64,000 bases of DNA from an uncultured Rivularia sp. (lineage in GTDB: Bacteria > Cyanobacteriota > Cyanobacteriia > Cyanobacteriales > Nostocaceae). Numbering within the stretch: position 1 is the stretch's first letter; the number at the start of each line of letters is the position of its first letter. Positions 43,264 through 53,888 of this stretch are shown one piece after another. The notes below the pieces were generated by a model that did no database searches, was not told the origin of the DNA, and saw nothing but the letters and a program-made list of their open reading frames with translations. The DNA is taken from assembly GCA_963665115.1 (NCBI GenBank), contig OY762007.1, positions 3,648,001 through 3,712,000 on the forward strand. The letters run 5' to 3'. The position numbers and the translations under genes are program-made.

Positions 43264-43952
43264 TTAAACTTTTAAACAATATTCCGTACATCCCCAATGC
43301 TGATTGTTGAGATTTCGAGAACCTTGCCATCCTAAAAGTCTTAATTCCTTAGCAATAAAGGTGTTTATTCCCCCATGAGCAATTAAAACAACAGAACCAT
43401 TATTGTGATATTCCTGTATTAAGCTGATGTGTAGCTAAATTATATAATGCGTTAGCGCAGCGTGTCCGAAGGACATAAAAGTGAAAGTATTGTAGTGCGA
43501 GCATCTTGCTCGCTAATATTATACAAATTAAGTGCGTAACAGCTTAGTAACTTTGCTGCTTGTTTGGCTCTCTGTCTGGTAGCAACTGGTGACTCAGCAA
43601 TGGGAGAAATTCTTAATTCCCATAGTAAGCGAGAAATAATTACCCAACCCAAAGCTGATAGTTTGATAGTTGTAGAAAAATTTCGCCAACAGTTTATTTC
43701 TCGGAAAATTGAATTACTTATTGGTTGAATTTGAGGCTGAAGAATTCTAGCTGAATCAATTGTACGATTTAAGTTACTGGTAAAAATTACGTTAGCTTTT
43801 TGTATGACTGTAATAAGATTTTCTGGTGGTACCGAATCGCTTGCTATCCCCGCAGCATCATAGCGCTTTAAAAACTCTAAGAATTGATTGCCGTTAAGCT
43901 TCTCCTGTAGAGAAACTGTTGGTTTTCCATGTCGTATAAGGTAGATGGTCAT
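43264..43952 (-). pseudogene. Histidine phosphatase family gene interrupted by a MITE
   Basis: LIRHG motif at the N-terminus. The second catalytic block VVLIAHGGIN...HWG lies beyond the insertion. Removing 125 bp gives a 187-aa ORF. Confidence 0.85.
43422..43544. mobile_element. 123-bp MITE with TA target-site duplication
   Basis: TA|AGCTGATGTGTAGCTAAATTATATAAT ... ATTATACAAATTAAGTGCGTAACAGCT|TA imperfect TIRs; internal REP hairpin. Confidence 0.85.
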
Positions 43953-44051
43953 TTTTTATAGTTTACAAAATATTCCTATAGACTGATTTGCTTTGTCTAT
44001 AGTTATTATCGCGTTAACCTAATATTGAAAGCTCACCGAATTAAGGGAAAT

Positions 44052-45779
44052 ATGGCAGCAGAAGGACATAGCTTAATTTTGGATTTTACCAAAGTTTTGG
44101 GGGCATCGGCGCTGGGTGGATATATCGCTAATAAGCTCAAACAACCTGTTTTACTCGGCTATCTCGCTAGCGGATTGATTGTAGGTCCTTTCGGCTTAAA
44201 GTTATTGAATGATGCAGATTTAATTAAATCTTTGGCTGAGTTTGGAGTTGCTTTTCTGCTCTTTGCTTTGGGTGTAGAATTCTCATTAACCGAACTCAAA
44301 CGAGTCAAAGATATTGCTCTAAAGGGTAGTTTACTGCAAATTGGATTAACTACTACCCTCGTCACTCTAATTACAGTTATTTTTGGTTTGGCTTCGGGTT
44401 TTCCAGAAGGAATATTTTTAGGTGTAGTTTTTTCTCTTTCTTCTACAGCAGTAGTACTAAAAACACTCACCGACAAAGGAGAAACTTATACACTCCACGG
44501 TCAAATTATGTTGTCGATTTTAATCGTTCAAGATTTGGCTTTGGGTGTAATGTTAGCAATTTTGCCTGCGTTAAAACAACCAGAAAATATTGCTCCGGCT
44601 TTATTTTTGGCTTTAGTAAAAGTTGTTGGATTCGCGGCGATCGCCTTTATTTTAAGTCGTTATTTTGTCCAGCGTTTGATTCGTAGTATTGCCGAAACTG
44701 AAAGTGAAGAATTATTCTTATTAACGATAATAGCTTTATGTTTGGGAGTTGCTTTATTCACAGCTGCTCTGGGTCTTTCTATTGAAATGGGAGCGTTTGT
44801 AGCGGGGTTAATGATTTCGGAAATTGATTATGCAGACCATGCTTTAGCTAAAGTTTTACCGTTACGCGATACCTTTGCCAGTCTTTTCTTCGCTTCTATC
44901 GGAATGTTAATTGACCCAAATATTTTAATTAATAACTTTGGGTCAATTTTGGGATTGGTAACTTTAGTAATGATAGGTAAAGCAGCCATTATATTTCCGA
45001 TTGTACTAAAATTTGGTTACTCTGTAAAAACAGCAGTAATTACGGCTCTTGGTATCAATCAAATAGGTGAGTTTTCTTTTGTACTTGAATTAACTGGTTT
45101 AGCTTTAGGTTTAATTTCTGAAGATACTTATCTATTACTCTTAGGTACCACCGCAATCACTTTAATTGTTACTCCAATTTTATTAGAAAGAGCGCCCAAA
45201 ATAGCCAATCTTCTCACAAAAACGGCATTTTTTAGAAAATATCTTCAGCGATTTGAAAAACCAAAAAGCCTATCAATACCAGAAACCATCAATTCTCACG
45301 TAGTTGTAGGGGGTTACGGAAGAGTAGGACAAGTTCTAGTTAAAATTTTGCAAAGTCAAGGTTATCCAGTCATCGTTATGGATAACAGCGAAGCCGCAAT
45401 TCAAAGACTCAGAAGCAAAAATATACCTTATCTATTCGGCGATGCAGATTCCGAATTAGTTTTAGAAAAAGCCCATTTAGAAAAAGCCAAAGCCTTAGCA
45501 ATAGCCTTACCCGATCCAGCAAGCACAAGATTACTATTAGAGCGAGCTTTGTCAATAGCTCCCAAGTTAGATATTATAGTGCGATCGCACTCCGATAAAG
45601 AAATAGATGTTCTTACTCAAATGGGTGCAAAGGAAGTTGTGCAGCCAGAATTTGAAGCAGCATTAGAATTAGGAACTCATCTACTCAAAACTTTAGGCGA
45701 GCAAGAGCAGCAAATTCGCACCGTTATCAGCGATATTCGTATTGATAAATATATCAGTATTAGACCAGATAAGTTATGA
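44052..45779 (+). CDS. CPA2/KefB-type cation:proton antiporter with TrkA-N domain
   Basis: SLSSTAVV, QDL, GAFVAG, QIGEFSFV, GYGRVG and GDA motifs. Confidence 0.9.
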   Translation: MAAEGHSLILDFTKVLGASALGGYIANKLKQPVLLGYLASGLIVGPFGLKLLNDADLIKSLAEFGVAFLLFALGVEFSLTELKRVKDIALKGSLLQIGLTTTLVTLITVIFGLASGFPEGIFLGVVFSLSSTAVVLKTLTDKGETYTLHGQIMLSILIVQDLALGVMLAILPALKQPENIAPALFLALVKVVGFAAIAFILSRYFVQRLIRSIAETESEELFLLTIIALCLGVALFTAALGLSIEMGAFVAGLMISEIDYADHALAKVLPLRDTFASLFFASIGMLIDPNILINNFGSILGLVTLVMIGKAAIIFPIVLKFGYSVKTAVITALGINQIGEFSFVLELTGLALGLISEDTYLLLLGTTAITLIVTPILLERAPKIANLLTKTAFFRKYLQRFEKPKSLSIPETINSHVVVGGYGRVGQVLVKILQSQGYPVIVMDNSEAAIQRLRSKNIPYLFGDADSELVLEKAHLEKAKALAIALPDPASTRLLLERALSIAPKLDIIVRSHSDKEIDVLTQMGAKEVVQPEFEAALELGTHLLKTLGEQEQQIRTVISDIRIDKYISIRPDKL

Positions 45780-45870
45780 AGGAGAGGGGGGATGGGGAGA
45801 TTGAGGGACAAGGAGACAAGGGGAGGGGGAGAGGGGGTAGAGGGGGTAGAGGGGGTAGAATTTTTATTAT

Positions 45871-46001
45871 TAAGTACTTAGGCAAAATTAACTGTGTATT
45901 TGTCATTGCGAGTGGAACGAAGTGAAACGAAGCAATCGCAGCACTTTGCGATTACTTCGCTGTCGCTCGTAATGACACAAATAATTTTGCACACCCACTT
46001 A
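45871..46001. mobile_element. MITE-like element with GTCATTGCGAG...CTCGTAATGAC cargo
   Basis: Imperfect TIR TAAGT.....GCAAAATTA / TAATTTTGC.....ACTTA with a nested hairpin. Confidence 0.7.
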
Positions 46002-46120
46002 TTAACTCCTAATTCTTTACTCACTACTTACTACTTACTACTCCTAACTCCTAACTCTCTCCGCTCCCTTACTTGAAAAACGATAAAATAATAACCAAGT
46101 CTTAAAAACAGGCGATTTTT

Positions 46121-46913
46121 ATGGCAACCCAAATTGATAAACCCAAATCTTCAACTGAACTGGTAATAACTTGGGAAGCTTTACCCGAAGATTTTCAGCT
46201 TGAGGATGAACCAGTGGAAAATACTGGACAACCGCTTTTGGCGGGTGCATTACGGGAAAGTTTAGAAATATTTGGGTTTATTCAACCCGAAATGTTGATT
46301 GCTTCAAATTTTGGACTTTGTGCGACAATCAACGGGCAATTTATCGCTAAAGCACCAGATTGGGTTTACGTTCCCTCAGTAAAATCGATTTTAGCAACCC
46401 GTAGAAGTTATACACCATTATTAGAAGGCGATATTCCTGCGGTGGTGATGGAATTTTTATCGGAAACTCAAGGTGAAGAATATTCCGTGAAGCGAAGTTA
46501 TCCACCAGGAAAATGGTTTTTTTACGAACAAATTTTAAAAGTACCCGTTTATATTATTTTTGACCCAAATGGGGGTTTGCTGGAATTTTATCAACTGGAA
46601 AACGGACGATACGAATTGCAACAGCCAAACCCAGATGGCCGTCATTTTATAACTGCGATAAACTTATTTTTAGGAACTTGGCAAGGTACAAAAGAAGCAA
46701 GAACCGGATATTGGTTGCGCTGGTGGGATGAAGCGGATAATCTGTTACCTTGGGCAGTCGAAATAATTGAACAAGAACGCCAACGCGCCGAACAGGAACA
46801 TCAACGCGCCGAACAAGAACATCAACGCGCCGAACAAGAAACGTCAGCAGAAAGAAAAGTTGGTTGCTTATTTATTGTCTCAAGGTATTGACCCAAATAA
46901 TTTACCTGATTGA
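46121..46913 (+). CDS. Uma2-family endonuclease with QRAEQE repeats, +1 frameshift near 46840
   Basis: LEDEPVEN, APDW, VMEFLS and WLRWWD motifs; three 21-bp repeats. Removing one A gives EQERQQKEKLVAYLLSQGIDPNNLPD*. Confidence 0.85.
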
Positions 46914-46939
46914 TTCAGTTGTATTTTATGTAAATTATT

Positions 46940-47730
46940 CGTAGTGGGAGCGTCTCGCTCCCTGTTGGAAGCTAGCGAGCTTTCCGGCTCGCACTCCCCC
47001 CAACTCCGCAAAATTTATGTGTTCAAGTACTACTAATACATTTCATTAATTCCGATGGGATGTAGAGACGTAGCAGTGCTACGTCTCCCGACGTTAGGTC
47101 GAAAACGTACCCCTCAGAATTTATGCAAAGGACACTAGTAGTCCTTTTCATTTGTTCTGACGGGTAAAGATGGGGAGGGGGAAGAGGGGGAAGAGAGGGT
47201 AGAGGGGGTAGAATAATCTTTTATTTTTTCTATACACCCATCAGAATTAATGCAAAGGACTACTAGTAGTCCTTTTCATTAGTTCCGATGGGTTGTAGAG
47301 ACGTTATACATAACGTCTCCCGAAGGTTACGGGAAAAACGAACCATTCAGAATTTATGCAATCAACCACTACTACTTCACCACATTAATTCTGAGGGGTA
47401 CGTAGTTGCGCTTCAGCGCCTCATATTCCGGTATCCGGAGGCGCTGAAGCGCAACTACGAACAATTATTAACCCCGCAAAATTAATGTGGTGGAATACTA
47501 CTTCACCACATTAATTGTGCGGGGTAACATCAAATTTATTCATACTCGAATTAATTCTCTCTTCCCTCTTCCTCTGGGTACTCTGCGTACTCTGCGGTTT
47601 TTTTTAATCCGTTCATAACCCCGCAGAATTATCGTGGCGAAGTACTAATACTTTGTCAGATTAAATCTAATTGGTTTGCACTAAAGACTTTATTCCTTAG
47701 ATGAAGCGATAAATCACTTACTACTAACCA
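46940..47730. mobile_element. Tandem array of MITE-like units
   Basis: Five complete TIR-bounded units of about 105-150 bp plus partial flanking units, joined at CTA/TAG junctions. Confidence 0.8.
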
Positions 47731-47933
47731 TTAAAAATACAAAATGAAATATAAGAGAACACACTATTTGATAGAAACACCCAGGAACTAAAATTGTTTT
47801 CTCTAGAATTAAACGAAGAGGATTAATATCCAATAAAAATTAATTTTAGTTTGTAGATGACAAGCACTTAAGATTCACCAGTACGGTGTCTAAATGAAAA
47901 ATTAGATAAAAAGCACTACTGACATTGAACAAA

Positions 47934-48911
47934 TTAACTAGCCACTTTAACTAACGGCCTAGATGCTAACCACATATTAGCAACATCATATTTTACTAAG
48001 ACGGTTTCATGCTTGGCATTGCAAGACGCTTTGAGTGTCTTTGTCTTGCTATTATTTTTTATCAGTATAGCTTGGTAACTATAAACCGAACCGTTAGGTT
48101 TTTCTAAAGTTAACTCTGCTAATACATTACTCTTATCCGAACTTTCCTCAACAATTCTACCTGCTGCTTTAAAATTAAACCAATCCCATCCGTAGCGCAG
48201 TATTAATTCTCTTTCTACAATCTGAATCGATCTTGGTAAAATTCCCCAACCTCGATAAATATCTTTGAAACGCTTAATATCACCAGTATGAGTCAATATT
48301 GACTTAAATGATTCTTGGTCAAGATTGCCGTAGTATCTTCCTTGAGGCAAGTCTATCATTGTCGGTGCAAATCGATGTCCGCCAAAGTGACTGGATCTCC
48401 AGACACGTACATTATCCAAACCCAAACTTGAAATAGTATTACTAGCGTGAAAATAAAACGGATTTCCGTATCTCGCACAGCATTGATCGTGACTGCCATG
48501 AGTGCAAATTAATATATCTCTTTTGCTAGTTGCATCTATTTCATACTTGAGATTTTTTGCCCATAACCATTTTTTGATAGTCGGTGCTGCTTGTTCGATA
48601 CTTTTTAGCTTAAATTCTCTCTTGGAATACCCTTTACCTCCTCCTTCTTCTTGGTGATAAATCAAAAGAGTTGTTGAGTCTACTTTGTGCGAAAAATCGT
48701 TAGCAATTAATTGAAATCTAATCGGTAATTTCGCAAGCTTGGCTTCTTTCACTAACAATCGCAAATTGTCCGGAACCCATCTGGAATTGAAAGCATCCGA
48801 ATTCCAGGGAGGAGGACATTCTATCAAAACATAAGTTTGATTATTAGTCGCAGTACCAATGATATCTTCTGCTACTGCTCGTGAATTATCGGAACAAAAA
48901 TTTTTTTTCAT
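47934..48911 (-). CDS. Sucrase/ferredoxin-like protein
   Basis: LIECPPPW, ICTHGSHDQCC, SSHFGGHRFAPT and YRGW motifs. Confidence 0.9.
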   Translation of the reverse strand: MKKNFCSDNSRAVAEDIIGTATNNQTYVLIECPPPWNSDAFNSRWVPDNLRLLVKEAKLAKLPIRFQLIANDFSHKVDSTTLLIYHQEEGGGKGYSKREFKLKSIEQAAPTIKKWLWAKNLKYEIDATSKRDILICTHGSHDQCCARYGNPFYFHASNTISSLGLDNVRVWRSSHFGGHRFAPTMIDLPQGRYYGNLDQESFKSILTHTGDIKRFKDIYRGWGILPRSIQIVERELILRYGWDWFNFKAAGRIVEESSDKSNVLAELTLEKPNGSVYSYQAILIKNNSKTKTLKASCNAKHETVLVKYDVANMWLASRPLVKVAS

Positions 48912-49557
48912 CTAACTTACATGGGTAGTGTCTTTTTGCAAAAAGAATATTACGCATACAGATAGTTAAATCTACTATCAATTTCCCTAAGAATCCTGAT
49001 TACTACAAACATTTCTCAATCATAATTCCGTTGCAATACTTCTGGCTGAAGACAGAAAACACTTATTTAGCAACAAAATTTATTCAATTTTCAAAGCCTG
49101 ATAAACTTTTTATAACACTTTCCTTATTAAAAGTCTCTGACGCAAAAAAAAATGTTACTAATGGCTTAATTAGTTATACAAAATTAAGTTTTTACCTCTA
49201 AGGATAGTTATTAAAGCAGTAGTCTTATGTATTTGTTCCACGTTTATAGTTTGAGATTTAGGGTTTTTACTTAGAATTATGCTAATTATCTCAGGATTAT
49301 ATATCTGATATTTTATTCAATTTATACATATTACTATAGCTAGACAGAATTTATCTATACGCCTAATACTTAAGTACGCAAGCAAATTTTGAACAATATT
49401 ACTATCCAAACTCAAAGCATATGTAAATTGTTTATTACAACAGGAGTTAAAAAAGCTACTTAAGCTTTTACTTAATTTCCACATTTCTTATAATCCAGAT
49501 AATTTTGAACGGTTTTACGAGTCATACCCTTACTATATCTAATTTATCCCTAATATT

Positions 49558-49577
49558 GCAAATTATTCTCAATAAAA
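49558..49577. promoter_or_regulatory. Putative FurA box
   Basis: GCAAATTATTCTCAATAAAA resembles the cyanobacterial FurA consensus as I recall it; the AT-rich context lowers specificity. Confidence 0.4.
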
Positions 49578-50220
49578 ATACAAAAAAAGATTGGGTTAAG
49601 AATTCCTCTCAGAAAATAAAATTGAGACGAGTCTGTTGAGCCTTTTAGGCATTAATCTCAATTAGAAAACTTTACACAAAATCTTAAGTTGGATAAACAT
49701 CAAGAGTTTCCCATGAATACTTTTGCGATTATCACTTAAGCTTATGAGTTCCCATATTTTCCTGAGTGGGAGTTAAACTTTACATCAAAATTTAACCAAT
49801 GTGTATATAAACTGCAAGTATTTAATAATTTCTATAGCTTTGATCTATATACAGCGTACTTTGATCCGAATATGGATACAAGCAAGTTTCCGAAAATACA
49901 CTTAAACTAAATGACTATAGTATAAGCTTTTAAATAATCTTAAATGCTTATTTAACTGGGATATTACCATCTGTTTAACTTTTATTAAATATATTAAGAC
50001 TAAAACTAGATTACACCAAAACACCGCAATCCTTTGTTCTATGTAGATAGAGAATATTTATTTTATATATAATCAAGTTGGTTGCCGTTGAGAATCGCAA
50101 TCATGATTTTAGAGTCCGTAGTAGGTCGCTTTGCTGTATAAATAAGGATCTGAAGGCTATTTACACTTTGTTACATAGCTGCATTCGTTTCTGCTGAATT
50201 ACTTATATAAGCTTGCTCTT

Positions 50221-50883
50221 TCATTGAATATTTAATTGAGAATTAAGAAACGTCCATAACTGCAAATCTGCAAAATCGGAAATAGCCATAAAAGCACCAA
50301 ATTCTTTTAAAGCTTGTGGAGTTTGAGTGGAAGCCATACCGAAAGTGCGGATACCTGCGGTGAAAGCGGAACGAATTCCGGAAGCAGAGTCTTCTATGGC
50401 TATAGCTTGTTGAGCATCTACTCCTAATTTTTCTAAAGCGACTTTATAAGGTGTGGGGTCTGGTTTCGCTGCTGCCTCTTCTCCTGCTAAAATTATGATG
50501 TCGAAAACTTCTTTTAGTTGCAAAGCTTCCAGCATAAAATAGGCATTAAGTCTCGGAGCATTGGTAACTAAAGCGCATTTGAGGTGATGCTTTTTACTCC
50601 ATGCTAATAATTGTGCAAATCCATTTATAGGTTCGAGTGACAGAGCTTGAGTACGGAATCTCGCTTCTTTTTCTTCTGCAAATTGTTCCGTTTCTTCTGT
50701 CGATAGATGCGGCAATAAGTCTTGAATAATATCTGGATTTAACCTACCGCTAATATTAGATTTATATATTTCTTGATTAATTTCTACGTTGTATTCGAGT
50801 AGCATCTTTTGCCAAACTCGGTAATGTATTGGATCGGTGTTAACAATTGTTCCATCTAAATCGAATAATATTGCAGCCAACAT
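50221..50883 (-). CDS. HAD-family phosphatase
   Basis: FDLDGT, VTN, KPDP and IEDSASG motifs. Confidence 0.9.
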   Translation of the reverse strand: MLAAILFDLDGTIVNTDPIHYRVWQKMLLEYNVEINQEIYKSNISGRLNPDIIQDLLPHLSTEETEQFAEEKEARFRTQALSLEPINGFAQLLAWSKKHHLKCALVTNAPRLNAYFMLEALQLKEVFDIIILAGEEAAAKPDPTPYKVALEKLGVDAQQAIAIEDSASGIRSAFTAGIRTFGMASTQTPQALKEFGAFMAISDFADLQLWTFLNSQLNIQ

Positions 50884-51208
50884 AATTTGATCTCGCTAAC
50901 TGTAAATAAATATAAAGTTTAATAAAATAGCTTACATTATTTTGTGCTTTTCCGTAACAATCGCTGCATTAAAGCCTAGAAAAAACTATAATCAAATCTT
51001 ATAAAATCTGACAACCTATGGTAACTAGCGCGTGTAGGTGTAGAATAAATAATCTATACCTACCCGTTTACTTAAGGAACAATATTGAAAAAGAATAGGC
51101 AATAATGTTGTACATTTGGCATAATGTCTCTTGTATAATGGGTATCACGAACTTTTTAACAAGACGTTTAACATAAAAAGTAATAAAGAATCAATTTTTT
51201 GTTCTCAA

Positions 51209-51991
51209 ATGTCAAACGGTAAAAAAGATTTTCGCGTTGATAGCTTAGAAGTTCAGATTTACAATTCAGAAGCTGAACTTGCTTTATCAACAGCAACTAT
51301 TGTTCAACAAGATTTACAGCAGATTCTTAAAACTCAGCAAACCGCTACAGTATTGTTTGCAACGGGTAATTCTCAACTCAAATTTTTAGATGCTTTAGTT
51401 AAATTAGATAATATTGATTGGTCGCGAGTGATATGCTTTCATCTAGATGAATATTTGGGTATATCCGCAAATCATCCTTCAAGCTTCCGATATTATCTAA
51501 GAGAACGTATAGAAAAGCCTATTTCACCACAGAAATTTCATTATTTAGAAGGTGATGCATTGCAACCTTTGCAAGAGTGCGATCGCTATTCTAAATTACT
51601 TGCAGCACAAGAGATTGACTTGTGTATGTTGGGAATAGGAGCAAATGGACATTTAGCTTTCAACGAGCCAGCTGTTGCAGATTTTAACGATGCCTACAAG
51701 GTAAAATTAGTAAAATTAGATTCAGTCAACCATCAGCAGCAAGTAACCCAAGGGCATTTTCCCAACTTAGAAAGCGTACCCAAATATGCTTTTACCCTCA
51801 CCATACCAATGATTTGTAGCGCAAAAAAAATAATTTGTCTCGCACCCGGAAAAAGTAAAGCTGAAATAGTCAAACAATTATTAGAAGGGGATATTACCGA
51901 AGAATTCCCAGCATCAATTCTCCGCAAACAACCACAAGCAAATCTATTATTAGATGCAGATGCTGCGGAACAATTAACAATTAACAGTTAA
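51209..51991 (+). CDS. nagB: Glucosamine-6-phosphate deaminase-like protein
   Basis: ATGNSQ, FHLDEY, LGIGANGHLAFNEP and PASIL motifs. Confidence 0.8.
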   Translation: MSNGKKDFRVDSLEVQIYNSEAELALSTATIVQQDLQQILKTQQTATVLFATGNSQLKFLDALVKLDNIDWSRVICFHLDEYLGISANHPSSFRYYLRERIEKPISPQKFHYLEGDALQPLQECDRYSKLLAAQEIDLCMLGIGANGHLAFNEPAVADFNDAYKVKLVKLDSVNHQQQVTQGHFPNLESVPKYAFTLTIPMICSAKKIICLAPGKSKAEIVKQLLEGDITEEFPASILRKQPQANLLLDADAAEQLTINS

Positions 51992-52151
51992 CAATTATCA
52001 GTTATCAGTTATCAGATAATTATAATATCGCATCAATACTAAATTTTGAAGTTCGTAGTAAGGAATTTATTCCTTATCTGAAGCGATAAATCCTCTACTA
52101 CGAACCAATAACTATTAATTAAATTATTGATAATTGATAATTGATAATTGA

Positions 52152-52952
52152 TTAATATCCGCTTAAAATTCCTTTTCGTTTTGCTTCTTTTTCTGCAACT
52201 CGAAATAGAAATAAACCGATTGTAAAATAAATAATTCCGTTAATAAAAGCAATGACTAAAGTTATTAAATTTAAAGGTTCACCTCGTGCCATTAAGCTAC
52301 GTAATAATCCAGCACCGGGACTCATTGGGATTAAAAATGCGATAAATTTAGGTGTGCCAGTCCAAGTTTCTGTAGGGATAGTCAGTAAAAATAGTAATGG
52401 AAATAGAAGTAAAGGTAGTATTTGCTGTACGCGCTTTAAAAGTAAAGCTATAGAACCTATCATAAAAGCAAAGCCGTATGCTCCTAATAAGACTGAGATA
52501 AAAGGTAAAACTAATATTGGTGGAAAAGATAAATTGCTACCTGTAATTAATATGATGATAAAAAGAATAAGAATAATCTTGAATATTTCTAAAGTTAAAT
52601 AAGCTAAGGCTCGCATTAAAAATACTTTTACCGCACCGTAACGCGAGAGAAATAATTGTTCTAAAGTACCAGTTTGGGCTTCGCGTTGCAATCCTCCGGC
52701 AATATTTGCCATGACAAAGTTGACTAAAACCCAAAGTACGTAGCCAATAATAATAGAATCTAATCTATCTCCTAATTTAAAACTAGAACCCGCAATATAA
52801 CCAGCCCCTACGAAAAGTCCATAAAATACCGCACAGGTAAATATAATTTGTGATATAGATTCGATTGGATAGCGACGTAATTGTATCCAGCTACAACGAA
52901 GTTCAGCAAAAAATAATTCAAGCATAGTTATTGTAATCTCTTCTGTTCCCAA
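52152..52952 (-). CDS. ABC-2 type exporter permease
   Basis: EAQTGTLEQL motif; 6 TM segments. Confidence 0.85.
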   Translation of the reverse strand: MGTEEITITMLELFFAELRCSWIQLRRYPIESISQIIFTCAVFYGLFVGAGYIAGSSFKLGDRLDSIIIGYVLWVLVNFVMANIAGGLQREAQTGTLEQLFLSRYGAVKVFLMRALAYLTLEIFKIILILFIIILITGSNLSFPPILVLPFISVLLGAYGFAFMIGSIALLLKRVQQILPLLLFPLLFLLTIPTETWTGTPKFIAFLIPMSPGAGLLRSLMARGEPLNLITLVIAFINGIIYFTIGLFLFRVAEKEAKRKGILSGY

Positions 52953-52970
52953 TTCCCCATCCCCAATTCT

Positions 52971-53888
52971 CTATTTACCTTCTTTCACTAACTTCAAAAA
53001 TATCTGTGTTAAATCGGCTTCCGATTTTTCTACAACTTTCAACTGTAAAGGTTCAAGTATATGAAAGATTTTATATATAAATTCTGGACGACTCACATAA
53101 ATAGTTCTTCTTTCTTTAACCTCTACACCCATTTTTTCTAACTCTAGAATTCTAACTTCATCCAATATAGATTCCATTTCAATTTTATAAGTTTTACCAG
53201 AAAACTTACGAATCAATTCATCAGTTGGTAATTCAGTGATAATTTCACCCTTTTGAATAATTGCAATATTATCGGCAAGTTGTTCGGCAATATCGAGTTG
53301 GTGAGTTGTTAATAAAATCGCGCAACCAGATGCGGCAATTTCTCGCACCAAAACTTTTACATCTTCTGTTGCTTCAACATCAAGCCCTAAAGTAGGTTCA
53401 TCTAATAATAATATTTCCGGTTGGTGAACTAATGCAACTGCAAAAGCTAATTTCTGCTGCATTCCTCGCGAAAGTTGTTGTACTGCGGTACGGCGTTTGT
53501 GCTGCAATCCAAATCTTTCTAAAAGTGCAATTCCCGATTTACGCGCTTGACTGTATGTAAGTCCTTTTAATACTCCAAAATATTCTAAATTTTCTTGAGG
53601 AGTCAATCGCCAATATACATTGCGATTTCCTTCTAAAACAGCACCAAGTTTTTCTAAGGCATTAGGGTTTTTGTGAGGATTGATTCCCGATATTTTTGTC
53701 CAACCGAGATCGGGTTTAATTAATCCTGCCATCATTTTGATGCTTGTAGTTTTACCCGCACCATTAGGACCTAAAAAAGCCATTACTTCCCCAGATGCAA
53801 TATTTAAAGAAACGTTTTTTACCGCTTCTACTATTTGATTATTAAATCGGTAGTTTTTTTTGAGGTTATAGGCTTCGAGAGCAATCAT
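52971..53888 (-). CDS. ABC exporter ATP-binding protein
   Basis: GPNGAGKT, LSRGMQQK, LLDEPT and TTH motifs. Confidence 0.92.
   Translation of the reverse strand: MIALEAYNLKKNYRFNNQIVEAVKNVSLNIASGEVMAFLGPNGAGKTTSIKMMAGLIKPDLGWTKISGINPHKNPNALEKLGAVLEGNRNVYWRLTPQENLEYFGVLKGLTYSQARKSGIALLERFGLQHKRRTAVQQLSRGMQQKLAFAVALVHQPEILLLDEPTLGLDVEATEDVKVLVREIAASGCAILLTTHQLDIAEQLADNIAIIQKGEIITELPTDELIRKFSGKTYKIEMESILDEVRILELEKMGVEVKERRTIYVSRPEFIYKIFHILEPLQLKVVEKSEADLTQIFLKLVKEGK

Noticed and set aside
45894..47485. Short ORFs at 45894-46076 and 47288-47485
   Set aside because: They are read through MITE and STRR sequence.
46940..47730. CRISPR array
   Set aside because: Repeats are paired inverted termini of two types, inserts are long and themselves repetitive, and there are no cas genes.
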